DNA of 64,000 nt from Candidatus Binatia bacterium (GTDB lineage: Bacteria; Desulfobacterota; Binatia; UBA9968; CAXXLF01): contig CAXXLF010000002.1 of assembly GCA_963664015.2 (NCBI GenBank), forward strand, positions 2,080,001-2,144,000. Reading direction: 5' to 3'. Below the pieces are notes generated by a model, which was given only the letters and a program-made list of their open reading frames with translations, was not told the origin of the DNA and ran no database searches. The position numbers and the translations under genes are program-made. Below are positions 49,281-60,284 of this stretch, one piece after another (the stretch's first letter is position 1; each line of letters opens with the position of its first letter).

Positions 49281-49874
49281 TTGTTTCGGGACCTCCATAA
49301 AAATATTGCCCTGACCGGATTCATGGCCGTAGGAAAGAGTGCCGTGGGCCGGCGGCTGGCGCGCAGGCTCAAGTGGCCCTTTGTGGATCTCGACCGCGTC
49401 ATAGAGGATAAAGAAGGAATGAGGGTGCAAGAGATCTTTAGACAAAAAGGGGAAAGTCATTTCCGAAAAGTAGAGAAGGAGATATTGAAGGAGATTCTCA
49501 GCCAGGACAAACAGGTCATCGCCACCGGGGGGGGGGCTATTTTGGACGAGGAGAGCCTGAGCCTCCTCAGAGATCGTAGCCTCATGATCTGTCTTACCGC
49601 CTCGCCCCAGAACTTGCTTCGAAGGTCGGGGCTGAAGCCCACCCGTCCCTTGCTTGCGGATCCCGATAAGATCAAACGCATTGAGTCCTTGATGGCTGAA
49701 CGCCAGGCGGCCTATGGCCAAGCCCATATCAGTATTGACACCGGTGCCATCCCCGTAAACAAGGTCGTGGAAAAAATAATTGAAAAGTTAAACTTCCAAC
49801 AAGGCGAAAATAAGGATTCAGGAAGCAAAATCCAGACATCAGAAACTGGGAAAACCGGCAATTTCAAATGCTGA
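49281..49874 (+). CDS. aroK: Shikimate kinase
   Basis: GFMAVGKS, DLD, GESHFR, ATGGG, RPLL. Confidence 0.95.
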   Translation: MFRDLHKNIALTGFMAVGKSAVGRRLARRLKWPFVDLDRVIEDKEGMRVQEIFRQKGESHFRKVEKEILKEILSQDKQVIATGGGAILDEESLSLLRDRSLMICLTASPQNLLRRSGLKPTRPLLADPDKIKRIESLMAERQAAYGQAHISIDTGAIPVNKVVEKIIEKLNFQQGENKDSGSKIQTSETGKTGNFKC

Positions 49875-49903
49875 CGTCAAAATAATGAAGTCGATTTTTA
49901 CCT

Positions 49904-50980
49904 ATGCGTACCATTAAAGTTAACCTCGACGCCCGCTCCTATCCTATCCATATGGGAGAGGGATTACTTGGCCAAACCGGTGAGTTGATGCACCGGGCCG
50001 GGTGTACGGGTAAGGTTGGTATCGTGACCAATCCGGTGGTGGGGAAACTCTACCTTAAGACCGTGGAGGAGTCCCTTAGCCGCTCGGGATTTGGAGTGAG
50101 TTCTATCCTCATCCGCGACGGGGAAGAGCACAAAAACATGACCTCCCTCGCCTCTATTTATGATCACCTCGTTAGGGAAAGATTCGAACGGTGTTCTTCC
50201 CTGGTTGCCTTGGGCGGAGGCGTCGTCGGGGATTTGACCGGGTTTGCGGCGGCGACCTTTCTCCGGGGAATTGCCTATGTCCAGATCCCCACAACGCTTC
50301 TGGCCCAGGTGGATTCCAGTGTCGGCGGCAAAACGGGCGTCAACCATCCGGAGGGGAAGAACCTTATCGGTGCGTTTTATCAGCCCAAGGTCGTGGTCAT
50401 TGATCTAGCCGTTCTTCGTTCCCTGCCGCGGCGGGAGCTGGCCGCCGGACTTGCCGAGGTGATTAAATACGGGATCATCCAAGACGCCGATCTTTTTGCC
50501 TACCTTGAGAAAAACCTCTCTAACCTTTGGGAATTTGACCGAACCAGCCTGGAAAGGATCGTCGCCGACTCCTGCAGGATCAAGGCCGCAGTCGTCGAAA
50601 AGGACGAACGTGAGGAAGACTACCGGGCGATCCTCAATTTCGGCCATACCCTTGGTCACGCCTTGGAGTCTGAGATGCACTACGAGGACCTTCTCCATGG
50701 GGAGGCCGTTGCCATTGGTATGGCCAAAGCTGCAAAGATTTCCTTCGGCGAAGGCTTGTGTAACCGAGAGAGCCTGGAACGGATTGTTCGATTGATTCAG
50801 CAAGCAGGTCTCCCGACGGACCTTCCACGCCATATCAAGCTCGAGCAGCTAATCAAGACTATGGAGTTGGATAAGAAGTCGTCCGGGGGAAAGATCAAGT
50901 TTGTGATTTGTAAAGGGATCGGCGCCGTGCAGTTTCAGCGGCTATCCGCGGAAGAGGTCATTGCCAGGCTGGCAGATTAA
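49904..50980 (+). CDS. aroB: 3-dehydroquinate synthase
   Basis: GGGVVGD, PTTLLAQVDSSVGGKT, KNLIGAF, LNFGHTLGH, HGEAV. Confidence 0.97.
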   Translation: MRTIKVNLDARSYPIHMGEGLLGQTGELMHRAGCTGKVGIVTNPVVGKLYLKTVEESLSRSGFGVSSILIRDGEEHKNMTSLASIYDHLVRERFERCSSLVALGGGVVGDLTGFAAATFLRGIAYVQIPTTLLAQVDSSVGGKTGVNHPEGKNLIGAFYQPKVVVIDLAVLRSLPRRELAAGLAEVIKYGIIQDADLFAYLEKNLSNLWEFDRTSLERIVADSCRIKAAVVEKDEREEDYRAILNFGHTLGHALESEMHYEDLLHGEAVAIGMAKAAKISFGEGLCNRESLERIVRLIQQAGLPTDLPRHIKLEQLIKTMELDKKSSGGKIKFVICKGIGAVQFQRLSAEEVIARLAD

Positions 50981-50989
50981 TCAAAGGCC

Positions 50990-51538
50990 ATGGAAGGGAT
51001 TTCGAAGTTTTCTGGTGTTCAGGCCATTGTGGATCGGGCGGAGGAATTGCGCCGCGGGGGACATATAGAGGAGGCATTGGAAGCTATTGAACGCTGTCTC
51101 CGTGTAGATCCCATCCATTCCCGGGCTCTCCTGGTACAGTGCCGCATTCTGTATCAGAGAGGCATGTTAGCCCAGGCGCTCCGGATCTTGAAGATGTTGT
51201 GGGAACTCCTGGATGGAGACGAGAACATTACGAAAATTGCAGAGGGACTGGAGGAGCGATGGCAGCAGCCGAAGCCTCTCATGGACCACAACTTTATAAC
51301 TGAAACAATGGCGGATCTCCAGGTGAGACAAGGCTATCTCTGGGATGCCATGGAAATTTATCGTCAGCTCTATACGGGCGTGGAGTCCGAGGGACTCTGG
51401 GCCAAAATCCTTGTTCTAAGGGATCGTTTGCAGAAAGAAAGAGACAATACGCAAGATGAACAAGATGAACAAGATGAACAGAAAGAACGTCTTGAGGCAC
51501 TGAACCAGTGGATTAAAAAACAACAGAGGAACGCATAG
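50990..51538 (+). CDS. TPR-containing hypothetical protein
   Basis: N-terminal TPRs, TETMADL...QG..A.EIY motif; between aroB and aroQ. Confidence 0.75.
   Translation: MEGISKFSGVQAIVDRAEELRRGGHIEEALEAIERCLRVDPIHSRALLVQCRILYQRGMLAQALRILKMLWELLDGDENITKIAEGLEERWQQPKPLMDHNFITETMADLQVRQGYLWDAMEIYRQLYTGVESEGLWAKILVLRDRLQKERDNTQDEQDEQDEQKERLEALNQWIKKQQRNA
51452..51480 (+). repeat. 9-bp tandem repeat (CAAGATGAA)x3
   Basis: In-frame QDE x3 within the TPR gene. Confidence 0.85.
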
Positions 51539-51985
51539 ATGGCTCAAAAAAAGCGCAAACGAATCCTGGTCCTCCATGGGCCCAACCTCAATTTGCTAGG
51601 AAAGCGGCAGCCTGAGATTTACGGTCGCCTAACCCTCGATGAGATCAACGGGAAGATCGAGAGAGCCGCCAAGGAACTGGATATAGAGGTGGAGATGCGA
51701 CAATCTAACCACGAAGGGGAGTTGGTTACCTGGATCCAGGAATCCCCCAGTCGGTTTGATGCCCTGGTATTGAATGCGGCAGCTTACACCCACACCAGTG
51801 TTGCCCTCAGGGACGCCCTATTGGCGACTGCCATCCCATCTGTGGAAGTCCATCTGAGCAACATTTATCGGCGCGAAGATTTTCGCCGAAAATCATTGAT
51901 TGCAGAGGTTGTGACGGGACAGATCAGCGGCTTCGGACTTCACAGCTACCTTCTCGGTCTTAGGGCTGCCGTGGAACTCGTTTAG
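51539..51985 (+). CDS. aroQ: Type II 3-dehydroquinate dehydratase
   Basis: [32 protein letters not shown]. Confidence 0.97.
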   Translation: MAQKKRKRILVLHGPNLNLLGKRQPEIYGRLTLDEINGKIERAAKELDIEVEMRQSNHEGELVTWIQESPSRFDALVLNAAAYTHTSVALRDALLATAIPSVEVHLSNIYRREDFRRKSLIAEVVTGQISGFGLHSYLLGLRAAVELV

Positions 51986-52181
51986 GGGCGGTCGGTCAAC
52001 GTAAGAAAGGTAGGAGAGAGAATAGCCGGGATACCGTCCTTCTGCAGGACCGTGACGATTTCATCGGGACGTAAGTCCTCCCCCCAAGCTGTTCCGGCGG
52101 TTATCACCGGAATTACGAGTAGCCACACAATCCCTGAACGTTTCAATGGCATTTCTTACATGCGGAGATAGTAGACGGCTA

Positions 52182-52760
52182 TTAACCTTTGACCGAGTGA
52201 TCAACCGACCGGACCATGGTGAGAAGCTTGTCCATGGGCATTTTGGAGACCAGGAGACAGACCCTCTCGCCGACACGGGGCATGACACCGTTCACGGTAC
52301 CATCGGTGAAGGCATAGTATTTCATCTGATCTTTGGGATCGACGAATAGTTGTACCTTCTTCGGCGCGTCATTGTCGGTGCCGATAAAGGTAAAACAGCT
52401 CACCGCCGGGGCTTTGCCCCTGTAGACGGCAACTAGGACATCGCGGTTATCGACATTCTGTAGTTTTCCGCCCACGGGCTTTAGCCCAACGGTGGACAGG
52501 TCGTAGCCCATGGGGGCGAAACGTCCCTCCACGGAGCCGACTAGATTGGCTACCATCTCCTTTTCACCGGCGGCCTGGGTAAAGGGGGCATATGGCCACT
52601 GTTAATCTCCGCATGGGCCTCCAGGGCGGCCAGAGAGATGGAGCCACCGGTGGGCCACATCAGGTAGAAGGTCGGCAACAAGAAGAGGACGAGTAGGGCG
52701 AGTGCGAAGGCTGGTCGGGTGACGACCCTGCCCGGCCATAGGAGCCCCCACCACCCCTAA
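52182..52760 (-). pseudogene. Membrane anti-sigma factor remnant
   Basis: TM helix AFALALLVLFLLP followed, after a frameshift, by an extracytoplasmic domain; no N-terminal zinc-binding domain; downstream of an ECF sigma. Confidence 0.55.
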
Positions 52761-53230
52761 GAGGGATCGGCGGCTTCCGCATACGAGAGCTCGCCCATGT
52801 CAACCAGAACAATCGGGGCACGGAAATCTTCGGGGATCTTGCTCAATGCTTCGTTCAGTTTACCGATTAACTCGTTGTTGAGCACCTTGATTTCCGGGCT
52901 TAGTTAGCATCCCGGCAGTGTATCCCAATAATTCGTTCCCTCGTCCTCGGCAAACTCCTGGCCCTCAGGTCTCACCCAACGCTTCTTTCAATGGTAGTGG
53001 TCGAGGAAATAGTTGTACAGGATGCGCGAGAGCCATGCCTTCATGTTCGTCCCGGGCTGGAACTGCTGATAGGAGTCCAATCCCCGGACGTAGGCTTCCT
53101 GGACGAGATCCTCCGCCGGGATCCCGAGCAAGGTGCAGGGCGACGCGGTAGAGATAATCCTGGTACTTCAACGCCTCATTGGCTAAGCTTCGCCTTGCGA
53201 CTACACTCTTTTTTGCCTGCCCGAATCACG
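52759..53230 (-). pseudogene. ECF sigma-70 factor, disrupted (5' boundary approximate)
   Basis: LYRVA, EDLVQEAY, FQPGTNMKAWL..ILYN, FRAPIVLVD..ELSYAEAA; frameshift plus two stops; end of region 4.2 missing. Confidence 0.82.
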
Positions 53231-53650
53231 CAGCCATTCTAGTTGATGGGATGTGCCCTGTCTATGCCCCACCGGGGCGGTCCCCAGTCAACAGAGATGA
53301 GAGAAATCTTTGATGCCGCCTGCATTATTTGTTATGGAATCGGAGGTCGTTGAAACGGGGAATATTCGAGCCAAGTCCCATCCCCCTCCCGGATCATGCC
53401 CCAGATGCCATGAACTTGGAAAAACTCGTGACTTCCGGCATCCTTACCCCCGTTGAAATCATGATCGTTCTTGTATAGCCTCTGCTTCAGAACAATGGGA
53501 ATGTCACGGCACAGGAGTTGCCCCAGTATCGTACACAAATTGCCTTGTATTCCGTTTTGTCGACCGTATAGGTCTCCTGCTGGGGATTAGCTGGTGACAT
53601 TAACTAACTTTTCCTGAGGTATCCCCTTGGGTCGTGAGAAGGGAATAAAA

Positions 53651-54010
53651 ATGAAGAGAACCAATTTTGGCGACCACTATCTAATAGACTTTCGCGATTG
53701 CGATCCGGAAGTCATTAAGTCCGTGGATCCTATCCGGGAGATAGTTCTACGGGCTGCCAAGGAATGCGGTGCAACCATCCTTGAGGACTTTTTTCACCAG
53801 TTTGCACCCGTTGGTGTGAGTGGTGTCGTGCTGATCGCCGAATCGCATATCAGCATTCACACGTGGCCGGAAGAAGGCTTTGCGGCCGTAGATATTTTTA
53901 CCTGCGGGGATATGCAACCACAAATTGCTGTTGACATCATGCGTGATAATTTTCGCGCCCGGGAGGCGATAATGAAGACTGTCATCAGGGGCCAGCTCGA
54001 GCATGTCTGA
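53651..54010 (+). CDS. speD: S-adenosylmethionine decarboxylase proenzyme
   Basis: FHQF.P.GVSGVVLIAESHISIHTWPE, DIFTCG. Confidence 0.94.
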   Translation: MKRTNFGDHYLIDFRDCDPEVIKSVDPIREIVLRAAKECGATILEDFFHQFAPVGVSGVVLIAESHISIHTWPEEGFAAVDIFTCGDMQPQIAVDIMRDNFRAREAIMKTVIRGQLEHV

Positions 54011-55856
54011 ACAAACCCGAACAGATACCAGCGTACCGAAAGGGTCAATGAGGGTAGTGTATGTTCTGTCTTTCATTCTCTCTGCCTGTAGCCTGTTATA
54101 CGAGCTTCTGATCGCCCAGACCTTGACCATGATCGCGGGGAATATGGTCGTTTGGTATAGCCTCACCGTGGGAATTTTCCTGGCGGCGATGGGGGTGGGG
54201 GTCATCCTCCATGGATCACTGGGCTGGTCACGGAACTGGGGCCGCCTCTACATGGTCGAGATTATGCTCAGCCTGATAGGCGCGTCTGCCGTCATTCTAT
54301 TGAACAGTGCCCATACCCTGTACCTCTTTCAGATGACCCGAAGCACTGGGGATATGAGCATCTTTATCTTCTTTAGCCTATGGTTTACGATTACCTTTCT
54401 GATCGGGATACTCACGGGAATGGAACTCCCGCTGCTGATCGATCTCGGCAAAGCGGTTGCCGCTGGGACCGATGTGACAAACCGAGTGCTCGGTTGGGAT
54501 TACATCGGCGCCCTCGCGGGAGGAGTGATCTTTCCTCTCTTTCTAGTCCCTTTTTTATACCTTCACACCATCGGTTTCCTGATCGCCGGTCTTAACCTTC
54601 TCGTGGCCTTTTATCTGTTGCGTTGCTTACTGCCCCGGTCCCCGTGGGCAAGTGTGAAAACGGTTGGTTGCGCTGTCTTCGGGACGATTTTAGTCGTAGC
54701 CACCATGGCCCAAGCCGAAATCGATCAGTACTTTCTGCAAAGGTACTACTACTATCAAGAGGCCTCCGAGAGTCTCGGCCAGCTCATCCGGCCCATGCAC
54801 GATATGCCCTTCGTCTATCGGGAAAACTCACCTTATCAAAAGATCGACATCGTCCATGACCCCGGCCACTATGATAACTTTATGGAGGCCTATTCAACCA
54901 AGTTCATCGAGAAACCGTATCAACCGACCAACCGTTATCTCTTTCTCAATGGAGATTTTCAGCTAGCTTCCAATTACGAAGAGCTCTATCATGAGTGGTT
55001 TACCCACATCCCCATTATCGTGAACGGTAAAGTGCCGGAGCGAGTTCTGGTCTTGGGCGGTGGCGACGGCATTATTCATCGCGAACTACTCAAATACCGA
55101 GGGGTCAAAAGCATTGACCATGTCGACATCGATCATCGCCTCGTGGCTTTGGCAAAGGCCCATCCGATTCTCTCGACCATTAACGAAGGCTCTCTTCACG
55201 ATTCCCGGGTGCACATCTCTTTCGGTGATGCGTTTCAGTATGCCCGGAATTATAACGGCAAGAAATACGATGCTATCTATATGGACTTCCCCAATGCATT
55301 GGACTACAACGTTTCGAAACTCTACAGTCGTGAGTTTTATCACTTTGTCAGGAGGTGTCTTGCCAATGATGGATTTGCCGTCCTCGACGCTCCTGAGATC
55401 GAGACTATCCAGGAACTAGACGCAAGGAATAAAGTTGGTTCGAGACCCGGGGGCAGCTGGGCTATTCATTCCAACACCATGCGTTTGGCTGGATTCAAGA
55501 CAGTTATCCCCTATTACTCGCTTTTAGAAAATGATAACCCCAATGCGTATGGTGGGGTTGGAGATTCCGCGGATGCCCTCATAGTGGAAGAGGAAACGCA
55601 GGAGTTAGGAACCGACTCTGGGGTGAACTACGAGTTGGAACAGGGGTTCATTATGCTCCGCAAGGACGAAAGGCGCGGACCTTTCGAGTATATGGATTTT
55701 GGTATCAAGCTGCATGTATTGAACGAACTGCGTTTCGGGCTCGCATTCCCCCATTTCCCAGAAAACAAGGGCCCGGTGGACCTCACCAAAGTCAACTCAA
55801 TCCTGCGCCCAACCCTGCCGGAAGGTGGAATCTGGTATATTCGCTCGGCCTGGTAA
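54003..55856 (+). CDS. speE: Membrane-fused polyamine aminopropyltransferase (spermidine synthase-like)
   Basis: About 7 N-terminal TMs (LLYEL, GMELPLL, DYIGALAG), SPYQKI, LFLNGDFQ, LVLGGGDG, KLYSREFY; overlaps speD. Confidence 0.82.
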   Translation: MSEQTRTDTSVPKGSMRVVYVLSFILSACSLLYELLIAQTLTMIAGNMVVWYSLTVGIFLAAMGVGVILHGSLGWSRNWGRLYMVEIMLSLIGASAVILLNSAHTLYLFQMTRSTGDMSIFIFFSLWFTITFLIGILTGMELPLLIDLGKAVAAGTDVTNRVLGWDYIGALAGGVIFPLFLVPFLYLHTIGFLIAGLNLLVAFYLLRCLLPRSPWASVKTVGCAVFGTILVVATMAQAEIDQYFLQRYYYYQEASESLGQLIRPMHDMPFVYRENSPYQKIDIVHDPGHYDNFMEAYSTKFIEKPYQPTNRYLFLNGDFQLASNYEELYHEWFTHIPIIVNGKVPERVLVLGGGDGIIHRELLKYRGVKSIDHVDIDHRLVALAKAHPILSTINEGSLHDSRVHISFGDAFQYARNYNGKKYDAIYMDFPNALDYNVSKLYSREFYHFVRRCLANDGFAVLDAPEIETIQELDARNKVGSRPGGSWAIHSNTMRLAGFKTVIPYYSLLENDNPNAYGGVGDSADALIVEEETQELGTDSGVNYELEQGFIMLRKDERRGPFEYMDFGIKLHVLNELRFGLAFPHFPENKGPVDLTKVNSILRPTLPEGGIWYIRSAW

Positions 55857-56194
55857 TTGGGCTGGTCGGGAGGTCCTAACTCCAATCGGTACTGAAACGG
55901 CGCGAAGGCTCTCGGTTGCTGGTCTGAACCACTGATTCAATATCGATAGATGAAGATGGGGTAAATATTCTTGCATCACGTGGCCAATCTTGGACAACTG
56001 GCGATTCCTACTTAGCCGTTCGAACATCTTACCCTAGGGGCTTGCCCCATGGCCATAAATTAATCTTTTTTAGGATGAAAATATTTTTCATTTCAATGCC
56101 TTGCATGGCCTCTTCCTTAAGAAGGCTGGAGCAGACGCTTTAAAATTCAAGTAGTTGTGGATAGGCATTTATTTTGCTTCCCTAAAGACCTGAT

Positions 56195-56581
56195 ATGAAA
56201 AAGAAGATACTTATCGTAGAAGACGAACAGGCCCTTCTCAATATCCTGCAGCTGCTGCTGCGAGAGTCTTATGACATTCAGCTGGCCAGGAATGGCAAGT
56301 TGGGCTTGGAGATGGCGACAAGCGAACCTCCGGACCTCATTCGGATGTACATATCCATGCCCGAGATGGACGGCCTTGAGGTGCTCAAACGCCTCAAAGA
56401 TAATACTGCTACGTCAATGATTCCCGTGATTTTCCTGACTGGTAAGGTTGAACATGAGAATGTTCTCAAAGGCTACAAGACCGGGGCTGACTACTACATT
56501 ACGAAATCTTTTACGAAGAACCAGTTGATGAACGGAATCCATCTTTTCCTGGAGCCGGAAAAGGCCACAGCGAGCTTGTAA
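56195..56581 (+). CDS. Single-domain receiver protein lacking the phosphoacceptor Asp
   Basis: ILIVEDE, PDLIRMYISMPEMDG (Y at the D site), IFLT, YITKSF. Confidence 0.75.
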   Translation: MKKKILIVEDEQALLNILQLLLRESYDIQLARNGKLGLEMATSEPPDLIRMYISMPEMDGLEVLKRLKDNTATSMIPVIFLTGKVEHENVLKGYKTGADYYITKSFTKNQLMNGIHLFLEPEKATASL

Positions 56582-56697
56582 CGTCACTGCTCCCGCCCCT
56601 TGACTTCGTGCCACTATAACAGCCTCAGTCGTCAAAAACTTTTTTCTATCCTATGTGTACTGTTTTGGTTCCTGTCCGTAATATGCTAATCTTCCAT

Positions 56698-56877
56698 ATG
56701 GCAGACACGTTCCTGAAACGGAAGAAACAACAGACGCGTGACTTAAAAAAGCGGGAAAAAGAAGCACGCCTGCAGGGACGTAGGGAAGAAAAGGCTGGAC
56801 GCGAGCCGCTAGAACCAGGCGAAGACCCGGATCTTGCCGGGATCCGGCCTGGTCCCCAGCCAGATATTGACTGGTAA
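56698..56877 (+). CDS. Small basic hypothetical protein
   Basis: TFLKRKKQ..R..KK.EK.AR and GEDPDLAGIRPGPQP, a pattern I recall from conserved small proteins. Confidence 0.6.
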   Translation: MADTFLKRKKQQTRDLKKREKEARLQGRREEKAGREPLEPGEDPDLAGIRPGPQPDIDW

Positions 56878-57137
56878 GCTTCCCACGATCTTGTTATCTC
56901 CACTGTGTATTCCAGCCTTGGTATTTAGGTCAAGTTTGTACCTAACCAGCCCGACGCCATAATTTATATATTGACCCTGGCCTCTACCTTGGGAGTACCT
57001 TTCTAGAGGCAAAATAATAATCGGAATATTGGGTTCGCGAGCCTTTTTCAGGCGGTGAACCGTGGTGGACAAAGGGATTGCGGCCTGGTTATCAGTGGAA
57101 CGAATAGGGGTAAAGGCAGTGGGGGACAGGCGGGCGA

Positions 57138-58958
57138 TTAGGGGCGGTTCCGCTGAGGCCTCTTGGGCCGAATGGATTCGATCCACTCGTTTAACTGCCG
57201 GGCGGTGATTTCCTGGGAACCGAGTCCTAAGGCAATGGCCAAGGCCACAACAACAGCTCCAAACAGAAGGCCGAAGGCTATATTGACTATCTCGCTGCCT
57301 ATACCCATCTGGCGTAAAGCCATGGCTCCGGAGAGGATCATAATGGCGAGATTGGCGGCTGTGGCCAAGAGTCCCGCTTGCGGAGTACTTCTGGCCCGCA
57401 GTGTTCTGGGGGCGAGGTCCGCGAGATTGAGGCCGATGCCAAAGATGATCAATCCCAGGATAACCTTACTGGCAAAAGTAATGAAACCGGCAATGAGCAC
57501 GGCTAAGAGGGCAAACCCTAATTGGGTTGCCGTTTCGACTGCAGCGATAAGTATAACGGCGACTAGGACCAAGAACCCGACGATCTCGGAAGGGCTTCGT
57601 CCTGTAGCTCTCGACGCGTCGCCTCGACCTAATTCAGCCAGCAATGCGTTGAAACCCACACTGTCAAGGAAGTTGGCAATGAGCCCTGCAAGCACGCGGC
57701 CCACAATGAAAGGCAAAACCAAAACAAGGGTCCCCGCGAAGATCGCGGGGAGCGCCACCAGCAGAGTATTCAGCATATTGCTGGCGGGTTGTGAGAGGGC
57801 TTATAATTTTAAAACGTTCAGAGCGGCAATCAACACCGGTATGAGGATCAAGGTGTAGGGCACCACCCCTACGGCGTTGGAAAATCCCTGGGGCCCGAGG
57901 ACCGGGGCCAATCCAGCTCTATCGCTCAACAAGTTCGCACCCGCAGATGCAAGTATGTCGGAAACGATTCGCCGGAGAGCCTTCGCCACAAACCAACCCA
58001 CGACTAGAATGACGGCAGCCATAACTATATTGGGCAGCAATCCCATAGCTTCCCTGAGCATTGCCTGAATGGGAGCCGTGAGACTGGGCAGTTGAAGGAC
58101 GCTCAGTATGGCCGGGAGAAACAGCAGGAAAACGAGCCAGTACGCCGTCGCGGCAACCGAATTGCCTGGAGAAAATTTCTGGTCGCTTTCCCTTATCTCT
58201 TTGCCGATACGCTTGTCGAAGCCAATGGCTGCAAGGCCACCGGTGATGAGAAGTTTCAGGATACTTGCCAGTGCCCAGGCGAACAAGAGCAAAAGCCCTG
58301 CACCCAGCACGCGCGGTAAGAATTGGGCAATTTGATCCAAAAGGCGATTGAGCGGCTCCGTAATGGATGCCAACCCCAGAAGCTGGAAGAACACGATCAG
58401 CACCAGGAGCATCAGGACGTAATAAACCGCTCGTGAGGCCCATTGCGCGACGTCAACGTTCCGGGCCTTGTTCCCGTCGAAACTCCATTGGCCTAATACT
58501 TGTTTGAGCCTGACCCGGCGAAGCCCCCTACGCAGGAGGAGGCAAATAAGGTGACATCCTATCCAGCCGATAATCAAAGCACCCATTGCAATTAACAGCG
58601 CAAGTAGGGCCTGTCGAACCCGAAGAGCGGCTTGACCGAATTGACTCGGAATCGGACGGTCCGGTTGACCGAACCACCCAATGAGCAGGGCGACAATAAA
58701 AAAGGAAAACGCGACGAAACATGTCAGGAAGAATTTTCGTTCAGATCTTCCTATGGCGTGAACATCGTGCTTGGCTGCATATTGGTGCTGTTTCCAGAGA
58801 AGTACCATGCCAATGGCTCCGATGATCGCTGCATTGGAATAGGCTTTATTCTACAGCGCAATATTCCCAGCTACACCGAGACAGGCTATAGCACTCAGAA
58901 CCAACAGCCCCCAGGCTATGGCGAAAAAAATAGATTCTTTATGGTCGTCGCCTGCCAC
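57138..58958 (-). pseudogene. CmpX-like TM-helix-repeat / mechanosensitive channel-related membrane protein
   Basis: Repeated LP.(V/I)..A modules; ALRQMGIGSEIVNIAFGLLFGA..ALA..GLG; one frame from GTG 58958 with in-frame stops at 58851 and 57801. Confidence 0.82.
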
Positions 58959-58975
58959 TATTTTTCCTTCCCTCT

Positions 58976-59176
58976 CTAGAGTTTAGATGCACCGACCCAT
59001 TGGAGAATCGCCCCAATAAAAACAAGTCCCAACCGAGCCATCTCATTGGCATCCAGTCCGGCGAGGGATCCGCTAGCCTCAAGACTCAGGTCCACTTCCA
59101 GAACGGCTAACGCTAATCCAGAAAACAGTGCCAGTGAACCGACAAGGGACAATATGACAAGAATCCACGATTTCAT
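58976..59176 (-). CDS. Small two-TM hypothetical protein
   Basis: 66-aa hydrophobic ORF co-oriented upstream of the CmpX-like gene. Confidence 0.45.
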   Translation of the reverse strand: MKSWILVILSLVGSLALFSGLALAVLEVDLSLEASGSLAGLDANEMARLGLVFIGAILQWVGASKL

Positions 59177-59424
59177 GGGTATTTCGATATACTCAGAGAG
59201 TTATGATTTTGCAGCGGCAGGTTGGTGCGGATTCCCATAGATCACCACATAATAATAGTGGGAGTGTCTTCCTAGGCCGCCGGCCTGTCAACAAAAATAA
59301 TAGTGCGGAGATAGCATACATAATCGTGAGCGCTCCTTTGGAGCGGGAACTCCCAGCTTTGCGGTCCGTTAGTGGGTTCCAAGGGACAGTTGACAACATG
59401 GTCTCGACTCTTCTAGGTTATGTC

Positions 59425-59841
59425 ATGATCAACTTATCCAACGATATAGCTAAACTGGTGGACAACGCGTATGCCAACGGCTGTCCTTGCATTGTGGCGA
59501 CTGCGTCGGCTTCAGGCGACCCGGACATCGGATACAAGGGTAGTGTCATGGTTTTCGACAGCAAGTCGCTGGCCTATTGGGAGCGTACCAAGCGTCAGCA
59601 CTTGAAAAACCTTACGGAGAACTCGCGTATCATCGTTCTGTTCCGGGATCCTAATGCCAAGGTCAATCTTCGCTTCCACGGTTCGGTTACGCTTGAGGAA
59701 AGCGGGCCTGTGTGGGAACAGGTGATGGCGAGGGTCATCAAGCCGGAGCTGGATAAGGATCCGGAACGCAAGGGGGTTGCCGTAGTGATCAACGTGGACA
59801 AAGTTACGACCATGTCCGGACAGGTCCTTCAGTCTGCCTAG
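59425..59841 (+). CDS. Pyridoxamine 5'-phosphate oxidase-like flavin-binding protein
   Basis: IVATAS..G.PDIGYKGS, LAYWER, NL.EN, RFHG, DPERKG. Confidence 0.82.
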   Translation: MINLSNDIAKLVDNAYANGCPCIVATASASGDPDIGYKGSVMVFDSKSLAYWERTKRQHLKNLTENSRIIVLFRDPNAKVNLRFHGSVTLEESGPVWEQVMARVIKPELDKDPERKGVAVVINVDKVTTMSGQVLQSA

Positions 59842-60284
59842 CCATTCTCCGGCTTTTAGATCCAAGCGGTTCCGAAGGCGCCATAGCCGACTGGGGTCTT
59901 TGGCTTCATTGTAGCATCATCCGACTCATCCACGATGGCCCTTGCTCCGAGCGAGAGTGAGGTGTTGGTTTGTGCACTTGTCATTGGGCTGAACCTCCAA
60001 TGAGTTTTTGCCGGGAATTGGAGCGGTGTCAATGGAGGAAAGGGTTCAAGTCATATGCCAACAATCGGATAAGCCTGCCGATGATTCAGAATCATCTCGA
60101 TTGGCAATTCCAAGAGGCGGATTCTCAACCAGCGTCATAAAGCAGAGATAGCATTGCTCACGTTTCATTGAGCGAGTCACGTCAGGTTTCGGCTCTTCCA
60201 TTCCCTCCCCTCCATAGTTGGATTACGCGGATAAGCGATACGATTCATCCGTTACCCGGACACCGTTGAATTAGAATGCCATTG

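Noticed and set aside
49527-49536. G10 tract in aroK as a contingency locus
   Set aside because: It encodes the conserved TGGG motif in frame within a housekeeping gene
53560-53650. SAM or polyamine riboswitch upstream of speD
   Set aside because: Only a weak GGGGAT/ATCCCC pairing; no SAM-I or SAM-II consensus elements
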